A stretch of DNA of 32,000 bases from Crocosphaera subtropica ATCC 51142. GTDB lineage: Bacteria > Cyanobacteriota > Cyanobacteriia > Cyanobacteriales > Microcystaceae. Location of the stretch: contig NC_010546.1 of assembly GCF_000017845.1 (NCBI RefSeq), forward strand, positions 240,001 to 272,000. Reading direction: 5' to 3'. Positions within the stretch are counted from its first letter, which is position 1; every line of letters begins with the position of its first letter. Below the pieces are notes generated by a model. It saw only the letters and a list, made by a program, of their open reading frames with translations. It was not told where the DNA came from and did no database searches. A program made the translations under genes and the position numbers. This document shows, piece by piece, positions 1-9,518 of this stretch.

Positions 1-155
1 TTTCATAATTTGTTATGAAATAGTCTTTTGTTCCCCACACTCAGAGATATAGCAACTGAATATCCTAATTTTGGCTACAGCATTACCCAAGTCATCATAT
101 TGCACTCATGTTTGTAAGTTCCTTTGGACTTTAAGGTAATGAGTTAACGGCATAT

Positions 156-1787
156 TCAAGACATGGATTTGACTGGTTTTTTCATAGTTGATTTTAACAG
201 TAAACCGTATTCAATGCCCTCTACCACTGCTTGATAGGAGGCTTCTAAAATATTAGGAGAAACCCCTACAGTAGTCCAACGAGTTTGACCATTACTCGAC
301 TCGATTAAAACACGAGTATTAGCAGAAGTTCCTGCACCTCCATCTAAGATTCTGACCTTATAATCCGTGAGATGAAATTGAGCAATTTCGGGGTAAAAAT
401 TCACTAAAGCTTTGCGTAACGCACTATCTAAAGCAGAAACCGGTCCATTTCCCTCGGCTACCTCTAATCTATCTTCTCCATTAACCGTTACTTTAATGGT
501 GGCTAGGGCATTACTATAGGGCATTCCCTCACCATAGAGCATATCGCAATGCACTTGAAATCCTTGCAGTTGAAAGAAGCTTTTTGTTTGTCCTAAGGCT
601 TGACGCATTAACAGTTCAAAACTGGCTTCTGCTGCCTCAAATTGATAGCCTTCGTGTTCTAATTCTTTGATTCTTGCTAAAATTTGACGACAAGCAGCAT
701 CTTCTTTATTTAACTCAATGCCAAAGCTTTTCGCCTTCGATAAAACATTACTTAAACCGGCCATTTCTGAGATTACAATGCGCCTTTGATTACCAATATT
801 TTCCGGTTTAATATGTTCATAGGTTAAAGGATTTTTCTGCACCGCAGACACATGAATGCCTCCCTTATGGGCAAAAGCCGAACGGCCGACAAAGGGTGCA
901 TGGTCATCGGGGGCTAAATTAACCATTTCGCTAATTAAACGGCTGGTTTTGGTGAGTTCAGTTAACTGGGTGTCTTCTAGACAGCGATAGCCCATTTTTA
1001 ACTGCAAATTAGGAATTAAGGTGCAGAGGTTAGCATTACCGCAGCGTTCCCCGTAACCGTTAATAGTTCCCTGTACCATTCTCACCCCTTCTACCACTCC
1101 TGCTAACCCATTGGCCACGGCAGTTCCAGAATCGTTATGAGTATGAATTCCTAGTTGGGGACTGTCCTCATCAGGTTTAATCTCTAAGGCGGTGATGACA
1201 TCTCGAACAATGCGACTGACATCATGGGGTAGGGTTCCCCCGTTGGTATCGCATAATACTAACCATTCTGCCCCTGCTGCTTTGGCAGTTTTCAGGGTTT
1301 CTAGGGCATAGTCTGGGTTATTGACATAGCCATCAAACCAATGTTCGGCATCATAAATAACACGCCTTCCCTGAGTGCGGAGATATTCAATGGTATCGGC
1401 GATCATCTCTAAATTCTCGTCTAGGGTGGTTTTTAGCCCCTCTGTGACGTGAAGATCCCAAGATTTACCAAAAATGGTCACCCATCGTGTTCCTGCAGCT
1501 AAAATGGCTTTTAAAAGGGGGTCTTCGGCCGCTCTTTTGTGGGGACGACGAGTCGAACAGAAAGCGACAACTTCCGCTTGGGTCAGAGGTTCTTCTTGTA
1601 ATTTCCAGAAAAACTGCACATCCTTGGGGTTAGCCCCTGGCCAGCCCCCCTCAATAAAGGGAATCCCCATTTTATCCAATTGACGGGCAATTTTGAGCTT
1701 ATCTTCTAAAGATAAGGAAATTCCTTCCCGTTGCGCCCCATCTCTGAGGGTAGTATCGTAGAGCCAAATTTGGTTAGCAGTCCCCAT
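156..1787 (-). CDS. cimA: (R)-citramalate synthase (LeuA/HMGL-like family, CimA clade)
   Basis: 543-aa ORF. The N-terminus LYDTTLRDGAQREGISLSLEDKLKIARQLDKMGIPFIEGGWPGANPKDVQFF matches the citramalate-synthase clade pattern (GGWPGANPKD) rather than the LeuA pattern (EAGFPxAS). It has a HTHND metal-site motif and a C-terminal LeuA-dimer-like regulatory domain. Confidence 0.8.
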   Translation of the reverse strand: MGTANQIWLYDTTLRDGAQREGISLSLEDKLKIARQLDKMGIPFIEGGWPGANPKDVQFFWKLQEEPLTQAEVVAFCSTRRPHKRAAEDPLLKAILAAGTRWVTIFGKSWDLHVTEGLKTTLDENLEMIADTIEYLRTQGRRVIYDAEHWFDGYVNNPDYALETLKTAKAAGAEWLVLCDTNGGTLPHDVSRIVRDVITALEIKPDEDSPQLGIHTHNDSGTAVANGLAGVVEGVRMVQGTINGYGERCGNANLCTLIPNLQLKMGYRCLEDTQLTELTKTSRLISEMVNLAPDDHAPFVGRSAFAHKGGIHVSAVQKNPLTYEHIKPENIGNQRRIVISEMAGLSNVLSKAKSFGIELNKEDAACRQILARIKELEHEGYQFEAAEASFELLMRQALGQTKSFFQLQGFQVHCDMLYGEGMPYSNALATIKVTVNGEDRLEVAEGNGPVSALDSALRKALVNFYPEIAQFHLTDYKVRILDGGAGTSANTRVLIESSNGQTRWTTVGVSPNILEASYQAVVEGIEYGLLLKSTMKKPVKSMS

Positions 1788-2022
1788 AGAATTACTTTGC
1801 TTGGTTGAAATCGTTGAAAGGGTGTGTTGTCCTATTTTTAGATTACCTGATCATCGACAATTATTTCAGTTACTTTTAACGATTATGATTACTTAGGGAA
1901 GAAAATCAAGCAACTAATAATACATAACTTAATTTTGGCACAAGAATAAAAACGATAAAATAGAAATAGGTAAATTTCCTAAAAAAATTAATATTTTGCC
2001 ATCAGTGTTGAGGTAAAGATCA

Positions 2023-2373
2023 ATGAGCAACAAATCGTTAAGTTTACTTTTAGGAGTCACCCTATCTTTGTCAGTTTTGGGGACAGAAACCTTAGCTTAT
2101 CCTAACCGAGTTCGCTTTAATCCCAATGCTGGCGTTCATCGGACAATTATTGCTCCTAATACCAATCTTGGCAACAGTTATCCTAGAGGAAATGATTATC
2201 ATAGAGGTGGAAGAAACTATACTTTTAGAGAACGAATTACGATTCAAAGAGATCGACGAGGAACTTGCTATAATTGTGGTTATTCTAATGGTTATAACTC
2301 CTACCGAAACTATCGAAACTATGGTCGGAATTATCGATTTGTTCCTAACAATAGCTCCTCAGATTATCATTGA
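2023..2373 (+). CDS. small secreted hypothetical protein, Asn/Tyr/Arg/Gly-rich
   Basis: 116-aa ORF. It has a signal-peptide-like N-terminus (MSNKSLSLLLGVTLSLSVLGTETLAYP). The mature part is low-complexity (YRNYRNYGRNYRF, GYSNGYNSY) with one CxxC (CYNC). No family recognised. Confidence 0.45.
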   Translation: MSNKSLSLLLGVTLSLSVLGTETLAYPNRVRFNPNAGVHRTIIAPNTNLGNSYPRGNDYHRGGRNYTFRERITIQRDRRGTCYNCGYSNGYNSYRNYRNYGRNYRFVPNNSSSDYH

Positions 2374-2382
2374 TGAGTTAGC

Positions 2383-4182
2383 TTATAAACCATAAACGAT
2401 AATAATGAAAAAAGGCACTAGAAAAGTAAACATTAAAGTCAAGGGTAAACCAACTCTAGTAAAATCTAAAAAGCGATAACCCCCAGGTCCATAAACCATT
2501 GTATTGGTTTGGTAGCCAATGGGGGTTATATAACTGTTAGAAGCAGCAAACATAACAGCTAACATAAAAGCAATAGGATTAAGGTCGAGATTTTCGGCTA
2601 CTTCAGCAGCGACGGGTAACATTAATAAAACTGCTGCATTATTAGAAAGGATTTCAGTTAGTAATGCTGTAAAAAAATAAAAAAGAACTAAGACAAAATA
2701 ATTAGGTAAATAACCTCCTAACATAACAATATAGTTGGCGATTAATTCATTTGTTCCTGATTTATCCATAGCGATTCCTAGGGGAATTAATCCGGCTAAG
2801 AGAAAAATTATATCCCAACGCACTGCACCATAAATTTCTCCTGGTTTCAAACATCCTGTAAAAATCATCAACATTACCCCGACTAAACTACTGACTAAAA
2901 TGGGTAAAATATTGAAAGCAGCTAAGATAACGACCCCAAAAACAATGGCGATCGCAATATAGGCTTTATTCTGTCGTAAAGTTTCTATATCCCTTTCTTC
3001 TAAGACTAATAATTCTCTAGTAGTTTGTAAACCAATAAAGCTTTCTTTGGGTCCTTGAACCAATAATAAATCCCCAAATCGTAAGCGAACTTTTCCCAAT
3101 CTTTCTCTTAATAATTCTTCCCCTCGACGAATAGCAATAACCGTTGCATTATATCGTTGTCTAAATCGTAAATCTTTAAGGGTTGAACCAATTAAACGAG
3201 AGTTAGATAAAATGAGAACTTCTGCTACTTTATCCTCTCCAAAACTTAGTTCATCCTCAACTTTTTCTTCATCAAATTTCACATCAGCTAGAATATCAAC
3301 TCCTCTCTCATCTCGAATTTGTAGTAAATCTTCTTTACTTCCCCTCACTAATAAAATATCGCCCAGAGATAAAATTTTATCAGCTAAAGGTTGGGGAAAG
3401 TGAATATCATTGTGTATAATTTCTAGAACATCAATATCAAATTTTCTTTGGATTCCACTTTGTCTTAAGGTTTGTCCAATTAAATTAGAGCGAGGGGTGA
3501 TAATAATTTCACTTACATAGTCTTTCATGCCATAATCAACATCTAAACCATCATTACTAACGGATTTGCGCTCAGGTAATATTCGGGGAGCAATAAAAGT
3601 TAAGTAAATTAATCCTATAAAAAAAATAGGAATTCCAATAGGGGTTATCAAAAAAATACTAAATTCACCATATCCTAATTTCTTGGATAAGCCACTTGCT
3701 AAAATATTTGTAGAAGTTCCAATGATAGTAATAACTCCTCCTAAAATTGCTGTATAAGATAGAGGAATTAAGAGCTTAGATAAGGATATTTTTCGTTTTT
3801 TACCCCAAGATTCTATAATAGGCAAAAACACCGCTACTACCGCAGTATTATTAATAAAGGCACTAATAAATCCTACAATAATTCCCAGAGAAGCAATTTG
3901 CTTTCTTAAACTTTTTCCCCCTAATTGAAATAATAAATCTCTGACAATTTGAAGTCCTCCTGTTCGTGTAATTCCGGCACTTAAAATAAACATAGCCATT
4001 ACTGTAATTGTGGCTGAATTACTAAACCCTGAAATTCCCTCTTCAGGGGTAACTAATTGACATAAAATCAATAAAACTGTAATACCAATAGCTGTGGTAT
4101 CCACAGGAAAAAACTCACAAATAAAACTAATTAAAGCTAATAATAAAATGATTAAGGTTAAAATAATGGGCGAGATGAACAT
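2383..4182 (-). CDS. SLC13/DASS-type anion permease with two central TrkA-C (RCK_C) domains
   Basis: 599-aa polytopic ORF. Hydrophobic N- and C-terminal halves flank two soluble repeats (GQTLRQSGIQRKFDIDVLEIIH..., GSTLKDLRFRQRYNATVIAIRRGEE...) typical of TrkA-C. This is the CitT/ArsB-like transporter architecture. Confidence 0.75.
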   Translation of the reverse strand: MFISPIILTLIILLLALISFICEFFPVDTTAIGITVLLILCQLVTPEEGISGFSNSATITVMAMFILSAGITRTGGLQIVRDLLFQLGGKSLRKQIASLGIIVGFISAFINNTAVVAVFLPIIESWGKKRKISLSKLLIPLSYTAILGGVITIIGTSTNILASGLSKKLGYGEFSIFLITPIGIPIFFIGLIYLTFIAPRILPERKSVSNDGLDVDYGMKDYVSEIIITPRSNLIGQTLRQSGIQRKFDIDVLEIIHNDIHFPQPLADKILSLGDILLVRGSKEDLLQIRDERGVDILADVKFDEEKVEDELSFGEDKVAEVLILSNSRLIGSTLKDLRFRQRYNATVIAIRRGEELLRERLGKVRLRFGDLLLVQGPKESFIGLQTTRELLVLEERDIETLRQNKAYIAIAIVFGVVILAAFNILPILVSSLVGVMLMIFTGCLKPGEIYGAVRWDIIFLLAGLIPLGIAMDKSGTNELIANYIVMLGGYLPNYFVLVLFYFFTALLTEILSNNAAVLLMLPVAAEVAENLDLNPIAFMLAVMFAASNSYITPIGYQTNTMVYGPGGYRFLDFTRVGLPLTLMFTFLVPFFIIIVYGL

Positions 4183-4374
4183 AAGAATAACTTTTAACCC
4201 GTGTAAAAGGACTTATAATAGCATAAAATTACTAACACAACTATAATCACTTTATACAAGGGTTGCTTATTTTCTTTTAAATTGTCCAGATGACAAGCAA
4301 CTTTTAGAATAAAAGAGAAAATTTTGGAATAAGTGGGTATAATTTATAAGACAAATGACGACCTTTAATATCTC

Positions 4375-6120
4375 ATGAGACTTTCTCAGGGCAAAAGAAA
4401 ATCAAGAAAGAAACACAAAGAGACGTTATCCGTTAACATCAAAGACAAATTAGCACAAAAACGTAAAGCAAGAGAAAATAGACGTAAACTCATGGGATTA
4501 ATCGGATTTTCCCTGTTTTTTGCTATTTTGGTTGGTGTTCCTCTGAGCTTTACTATCAGTCCTAAAATTGGTGTATCAGTCGGTTTATTAATTCCTTCAT
4601 TAATAATCTGTTACAATTATCCTCGCACAGCTTTATGGGCTTTTTTGATATATATGCCCTTTAGCGGTACAGTAACCTACTGGATTGGTGGTGGTAACGC
4701 ACTTTTTCAGCTTTCTAAAGATGGTTTTTATATCCCTGCTTTATTGGGTTTAATGCAAGATTGTAGAAAGAAAAGAAAACCTATTGTTGTTTCAAAACCA
4801 CTGTTAACAACCTTAATATTGTTATTAGTTTGTGCCTTATTAACCTTATTGTTTGTTAATGGATTTAAACAATTTTTACCAACTTGTGATTCTCTGAGTG
4901 AATATGATAAATTTTTGCGAGATGCCAATGGACAATTAATTTTAGATCAAAATGGAGTAGTTATTACCACACCTTGTAAAGAGTCCATTCCCTTTGCCCA
5001 GGGTCTATTAGGATTAAAAATATTACTTGGCTATGTTCCCTTAATTTTTTGTGCTTATTATTTAATCCAAGATAAAAAAAGATTGCTTTTTTTAGGACGC
5101 TTATTAGTGGTTTTAGCGATTATTTGTTGTGCGTTAGCATTCATCCAATATTGGATGTTAAAAACGGGACGATGTGCAGGAACTGATCATCTGGTAGGGG
5201 AGGATTTATTTAAACCAAAACTAGATGCAAAATGCTTTGTTGGAGGTTCTCTTTTGTATGCTCCTAGTCAGGGACAAATTCGATTACCTGGAACTTTTGT
5301 TTCCCCTTGGCATTGGGCTTGGTTTTTAGTTGCTAATGCAGCCATTTGTTTTTCTGTTGCTTTTAGCGATACTGCCTTCTTTTGGAGAAATTGTGGTTTA
5401 GTTGGCATGGCTATGGTCTTTGTTAATTCTATTATTTGTGGTCAAAGATTAGCTTTAGCTGCTGTACCAGCGATTCTGATTGCTATGCTATTTTTAACAG
5501 GAAAATTTGCAGATATAAAACGATTTATTCCCGTCGGTATAGGATTATCTGTGGTCTTATTTGTAGGCTTTTCTTTTTTTAATCCTGATTTTATTCAAGA
5601 GCGTATTGATAGTTTTGTAGATCGATGGAATGCTTCTCCTCCTTATCTATTTATTCAACAACAATTTGATTATGCTATAAGAAATCAAAAAGGTCTTTTG
5701 GGTAGAGGACTAGGGGCAGCTACGAACTCGACTCGAATATTTGGAGAGGTTGCACTGGTAGAAACCTATCATCCCAAACTTTTATTTGAAATGGGTTATT
5801 TAGGCTTAGGGGCTTTTATGATTTTTGTAACCCATTTATGTGTTTTAACTTTTAAAGCTTATCGTCCTCTAAAGGATGAATCTTTACGCAGTTTTGCGTC
5901 TGGGTTTTGGGTGTTTATTCTAATCATCAGTTACTTTCCTTATTGGTATCCTTTAGATACGGACCCAGTAGCTATTTATTATTGGTTTTTTGCGGGTGTT
6001 ATCTTGCGAATGCCTCTCATTGATAAGGAAGAACAAGCTAAACTAAAAGCCCAGCAAGCAGCAGAAGACGCATCTAAAAAGCGTGTCAAAACCAAAAGAA
6101 AAACTCCATCAGTGATTTAG
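4375..6120 (+). CDS. O-antigen ligase/polymerase (Wzy_C)-like integral membrane protein
   Basis: 581-aa ORF with more than 10 predicted TM helices. It has a periplasmic-loop motif IRLPGTFVSPWHWAWFLVANA resembling the Wzy_C R..G.f..pN core. It precedes two glycosyltransferase genes on the same strand. The basic N-terminal 40 aa make the exact start uncertain; M40 is possible. Confidence 0.55.
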   Translation: MRLSQGKRKSRKKHKETLSVNIKDKLAQKRKARENRRKLMGLIGFSLFFAILVGVPLSFTISPKIGVSVGLLIPSLIICYNYPRTALWAFLIYMPFSGTVTYWIGGGNALFQLSKDGFYIPALLGLMQDCRKKRKPIVVSKPLLTTLILLLVCALLTLLFVNGFKQFLPTCDSLSEYDKFLRDANGQLILDQNGVVITTPCKESIPFAQGLLGLKILLGYVPLIFCAYYLIQDKKRLLFLGRLLVVLAIICCALAFIQYWMLKTGRCAGTDHLVGEDLFKPKLDAKCFVGGSLLYAPSQGQIRLPGTFVSPWHWAWFLVANAAICFSVAFSDTAFFWRNCGLVGMAMVFVNSIICGQRLALAAVPAILIAMLFLTGKFADIKRFIPVGIGLSVVLFVGFSFFNPDFIQERIDSFVDRWNASPPYLFIQQQFDYAIRNQKGLLGRGLGAATNSTRIFGEVALVETYHPKLLFEMGYLGLGAFMIFVTHLCVLTFKAYRPLKDESLRSFASGFWVFILIISYFPYWYPLDTDPVAIYYWFFAGVILRMPLIDKEEQAKLKAQQAAEDASKKRVKTKRKTPSVI

Positions 6121-6137
6121 TTGTTAACTTAAACATT

Positions 6138-7172
6138 ATGTCTTATCCTTCAATTTCAATTATTATTCCAAGTTATCGACGAGAACAAATTTTAAAAGAT
6201 ACTTTAGAGGATGTTCTTAAACAGGATTATCCTCATTTTGAAATTCTGGTTGTTGATCAAACAGCAAGTCATGATCCTACGATTCAAAGTTATTTAGAAA
6301 ATTTAGCTAACACCAATAAAATTAAATGGTTTCGTGTTAGTTGGGCAAGTTTACCAGCAGCTAGAAATTATGGGGTTCGTCGTTCTCAAGGAGACATTAT
6401 TATTTTTATTGATGATGATGTTCAATTACCAGCTAATTACTTATATAGTCATACAAAAATCTATCAAGAAAAATCAGAAATTGGAGCCGTGGCAGGGAGA
6501 GTTTTAGATAGAATGAAATTGGCTGATGCTGAAAAAATTAATGATTCTGAAGACCCTTATACCATAGAAATGTTACCTCCAGAAGCAATGGACCCTGGTA
6601 TTGCCTGGTATTATATTGATTTGGTTCATACGACCAAACCTCAAGAAGTCATCTCAACTCGCGGTTGTAATATGTCTTTTCGACGAGAAGTTTTTACGAA
6701 ATATAATGTTTGGTTTGATGAAAGATTTAGAGGAAATGCCGTTAGAGAAGAGTCAGATTTTTGTTTACGTTTACGCCAAACTGGTTATAAAATTTGGTAT
6801 GAACCTGATGCTTATTTAGTTCATTTAGGAGAAGAAACGGGGGGGTGTCATGATATGAGTACCCGTTCTTTTTCCTATCAAATGACTTTCTATCATAACC
6901 ATTTTTTAATGGCATTAAAAAACTTAACTTTTTTAGAACAGTTACGATTATATACTAAACTATTTGATTGTCATGTTTTGGGTAATCCTCCTTGTAATAA
7001 AGGGGGTTCTCCAATTAAAATTTTAGTTCGTTTATTGTTCTATACTTTAGGCTTTATAGATGCTATAAGAACAATAATTATATCTCAATGGAATGATGGA
7101 CAAATTTATAGTAAAAATGATATAAATTACCATCAATTACAGTCGAATAAGTCCTTAGAATCGGTTTCTTGA
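6138..7172 (+). CDS. family 2 glycosyltransferase (GT-A)
   Basis: 344-aa ORF. The N-terminal ISIIIPSYRREQIL..., the ARNYG motif and the DDD motif (IIFIDDDV) are typical of GT2. It starts 17 nt after the upstream gene. Confidence 0.8.
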   Translation: MSYPSISIIIPSYRREQILKDTLEDVLKQDYPHFEILVVDQTASHDPTIQSYLENLANTNKIKWFRVSWASLPAARNYGVRRSQGDIIIFIDDDVQLPANYLYSHTKIYQEKSEIGAVAGRVLDRMKLADAEKINDSEDPYTIEMLPPEAMDPGIAWYYIDLVHTTKPQEVISTRGCNMSFRREVFTKYNVWFDERFRGNAVREESDFCLRLRQTGYKIWYEPDAYLVHLGEETGGCHDMSTRSFSYQMTFYHNHFLMALKNLTFLEQLRLYTKLFDCHVLGNPPCNKGGSPIKILVRLLFYTLGFIDAIRTIIISQWNDGQIYSKNDINYHQLQSNKSLESVS

Positions 7173-7204
7173 GTATTGAATATATATCAGATTAATTATT
7201 AATC

Positions 7205-8377
7205 ATGAAAATTTTAGTAGCCAGTCATACCTATATTGTTGACCTTAATTGTGAAAAATTCAAAACTTTAGCACAACTAGATCCTAATCTTGAAGTTACT
7301 ATTATTGTGCCGCAAAAATGGAAACCAGGAGGCGTTCAGAATAAAATAATTGAAAAACAACCTCGGTTTGAAGGGAATTTTAAAGTTATTCCTATTTATA
7401 ATTTTAGCCAAAATAATCAGGGATTATTAACTTTTGGTACGGATATTATTAAACTATTAAACGAATTTAAACCACAAATTATACAAGTAGAACAAGGAGT
7501 TAAATCTTTTGCTTATGCTCAATTGATTACTCTCAATAAATGGTTAAATTTAAAAGCTAAAAATGTGTTTTTCACCTGGTGGAATCTTCCCTATGAATCA
7601 AAGTTTCCTGTTTCCTATCTAGAACAATATAACTTAAAAAATACTGATGGATTAGTGGCAGGGAATCAAGATGCTGCTGATATTTTACGAGATCACGGTT
7701 ATAATAAAGCAGTAGCAGTTATGCCCCAATTAGGAGTCGATGAGGTTTTATTTTCACCACAAAAACAACCAGAATTAGCTCAAAAATTAGGTATTAAAAA
7801 GCAAGATTTTGTTATTGGTTTTGTTGGTAGATTCGTAGAAGAAAAAGGTATTTTGACTCTTTTGAAAGCAGTTCAAGCTTTACCTGAAAAAAATTGGAAA
7901 CTTTTATTATTGGGAAGAGGAGAACTTCAAGCCAAAATTATTCAAGAAAGTAAAGATGTTAAGATTGAAGATAAATTAATAATGCTTGAAAGTGTAGCTC
8001 ATGATCAAGTTCCTCAATATATTAACTTGATGAATGTTTTAGTTTTACCGTCAGAAACTACCTATCAATTTAAAACCTTAACGGCTGTGGGTTGGAAAGA
8101 ACAATTTGGTCATGTTTTAATTGAAGCTATGGCCTGTAAAGTACCAGTCATTGGTTCAGATTCTGGAGAAATACCTAATGTTATTAGTGATGCTGGTTTG
8201 ATTTTTCCTGAAGGAGATTCTACAGAATTGAAAAACTGTTTAAGTCAATTGATGTTAGATCCTGCTTTGGCTGATAAACTAGCTGAAAAAGGTTATAGAA
8301 GAGTATTAGAAAATTATACGAATAAAGCTTTAGCTGAAAAAACATTAACCTTTTACCAATCACTTAGTGATAAGTGA
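7205..8377 (+). CDS. family 4 glycosyltransferase (GT-B, GT1/GT4 clan)
   Basis: 390-aa ORF. The C-terminal half has GFVGRFVEEKGI...LLLLGRGE... and the EQFGHVLIEAMACKVPVIGSDSGEIP (E-x7-E-like) motif typical of GT4. Confidence 0.8.
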   Translation: MKILVASHTYIVDLNCEKFKTLAQLDPNLEVTIIVPQKWKPGGVQNKIIEKQPRFEGNFKVIPIYNFSQNNQGLLTFGTDIIKLLNEFKPQIIQVEQGVKSFAYAQLITLNKWLNLKAKNVFFTWWNLPYESKFPVSYLEQYNLKNTDGLVAGNQDAADILRDHGYNKAVAVMPQLGVDEVLFSPQKQPELAQKLGIKKQDFVIGFVGRFVEEKGILTLLKAVQALPEKNWKLLLLGRGELQAKIIQESKDVKIEDKLIMLESVAHDQVPQYINLMNVLVLPSETTYQFKTLTAVGWKEQFGHVLIEAMACKVPVIGSDSGEIPNVISDAGLIFPEGDSTELKNCLSQLMLDPALADKLAEKGYRRVLENYTNKALAEKTLTFYQSLSDK

Positions 8378-8486
8378 AGAAAAAATTTTCACTAATAATA
8401 GATAATTTATAAAAAGAATCTAATTATCATTGTTAAGTAAAAAAAGATATGCTATGATTCAAAAGAAAAATTAATAAATACAAACA

Positions 8487-8657
8487 ATGTTAATTTTACC
8501 AGGATCAACCGTTAGAGTAACTAACCCCAACGATACCTATTATCGTTTTGAAGGACTGGTGCAGCGAGTCAGCGACGGGAAAGCTGCTGTTTTATTTGAA
8601 GGAGGAAACTGGGATAAGCTGGTGACTTTCCAATTATCAGAAATAGAAGTTGTTTAA
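8487..8657 (+). CDS. ndhS: NAD(P)H-quinone oxidoreductase (NDH-1) subunit S
   Basis: My own translation gives a 56-aa ORF that is missing from the ORF track because it is under 60 aa: [56 protein letters not shown]. It carries the SH3-like NdhS signature [20 protein letters not shown]...[13 protein letters not shown] as I recall it from Synechocystis Ssl0352. Confidence 0.75.
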   Translation: MLILPGSTVRVTNPNDTYYRFEGLVQRVSDGKAAVLFEGGNWDKLVTFQLSEIEVV

Positions 8658-8732
8658 TAACCCAACAAACTAATCCAAAACCCTACATATAGGTTAAGGT
8701 AAAAGTCATTAGCCATTTTTATCATTGCTATT

Positions 8733-9401
8733 ATGCGCCTTCCTTTACCGCAATTTAGTACAGATAGTCGTCATCCCGATCATATTGCCGAAGTCATAGA
8801 AACATCAACCACACAGTTTTTGGCTCAATGTTTGGAACCCGAAGACTTAAGTTTTCCTGTGATGCCGGCTTTTGGGAGTTGGGTAAAATCTTTAGATGAA
8901 GAGTCAGGAAATAAAATTGTAGCTGTTGTAACTTATGCCACGACAACTCCCATTGACTCGGTGCATCGTGCGAGGGCGTTGGGGTTATCATTAGAAGAGT
9001 TGCGACAACAACAACCGCAAATCTTTGCCATGTTAAAAACAGAATTTAAGGCAACCATTGTTGGTTTTGAGAGTTCCCAAAATGCAGAAAACGGTAATGG
9101 CCACAACTTAGGGAAAGTCTATCAATATTTACCCCCTCGTCCTCCTCAAATTCATCAAGGGGTTCATCGTTGTGAAGCAGTAGAAATTATCAATTTTAGT
9201 GAAGAAGTAGAATTTTTACGGATATTACTACAAGTTCGAGATGCCCCGGTGGATGCTTTAATTGCTGCTGCTATTAGAGATATTTATCTATTAAGAAAAG
9301 CTGATAAAAACTGGTTAGTTAAAGTAGGAAGAACCCTCAGCATTTTACTCAGAGATGATTATGATCGCCTTCAATACATTCTCAGTCAAGTTACCCTTTA
9401 A
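8733..9401 (+). CDS. conserved hypothetical protein (no family assigned with confidence)
   Basis: 222-aa ORF with clean coding-like composition, on the same strand as ndhS (75-nt gap) and the downstream histidine kinase (117-nt gap). The N-terminal ~75 aa (HIAEVIETSTTQFLAQCLE...GSWVKS...IVAVVTYA) look like a small beta-barrel. This is tentative. Confidence 0.55.
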   Translation: MRLPLPQFSTDSRHPDHIAEVIETSTTQFLAQCLEPEDLSFPVMPAFGSWVKSLDEESGNKIVAVVTYATTTPIDSVHRARALGLSLEELRQQQPQIFAMLKTEFKATIVGFESSQNAENGNGHNLGKVYQYLPPRPPQIHQGVHRCEAVEIINFSEEVEFLRILLQVRDAPVDALIAAAIRDIYLLRKADKNWLVKVGRTLSILLRDDYDRLQYILSQVTL

Positions 9402-9518
9402 TCGTACACATTAGAGGGAATTTCTCCTTATTCTGTTCGGTTCTACTACTGTTATAAATTTCTCAATCCGTTTATCATCAAGGAAGTTAGAGGTGAATGT
9501 GTTAAGTAAGAGAAGTAT

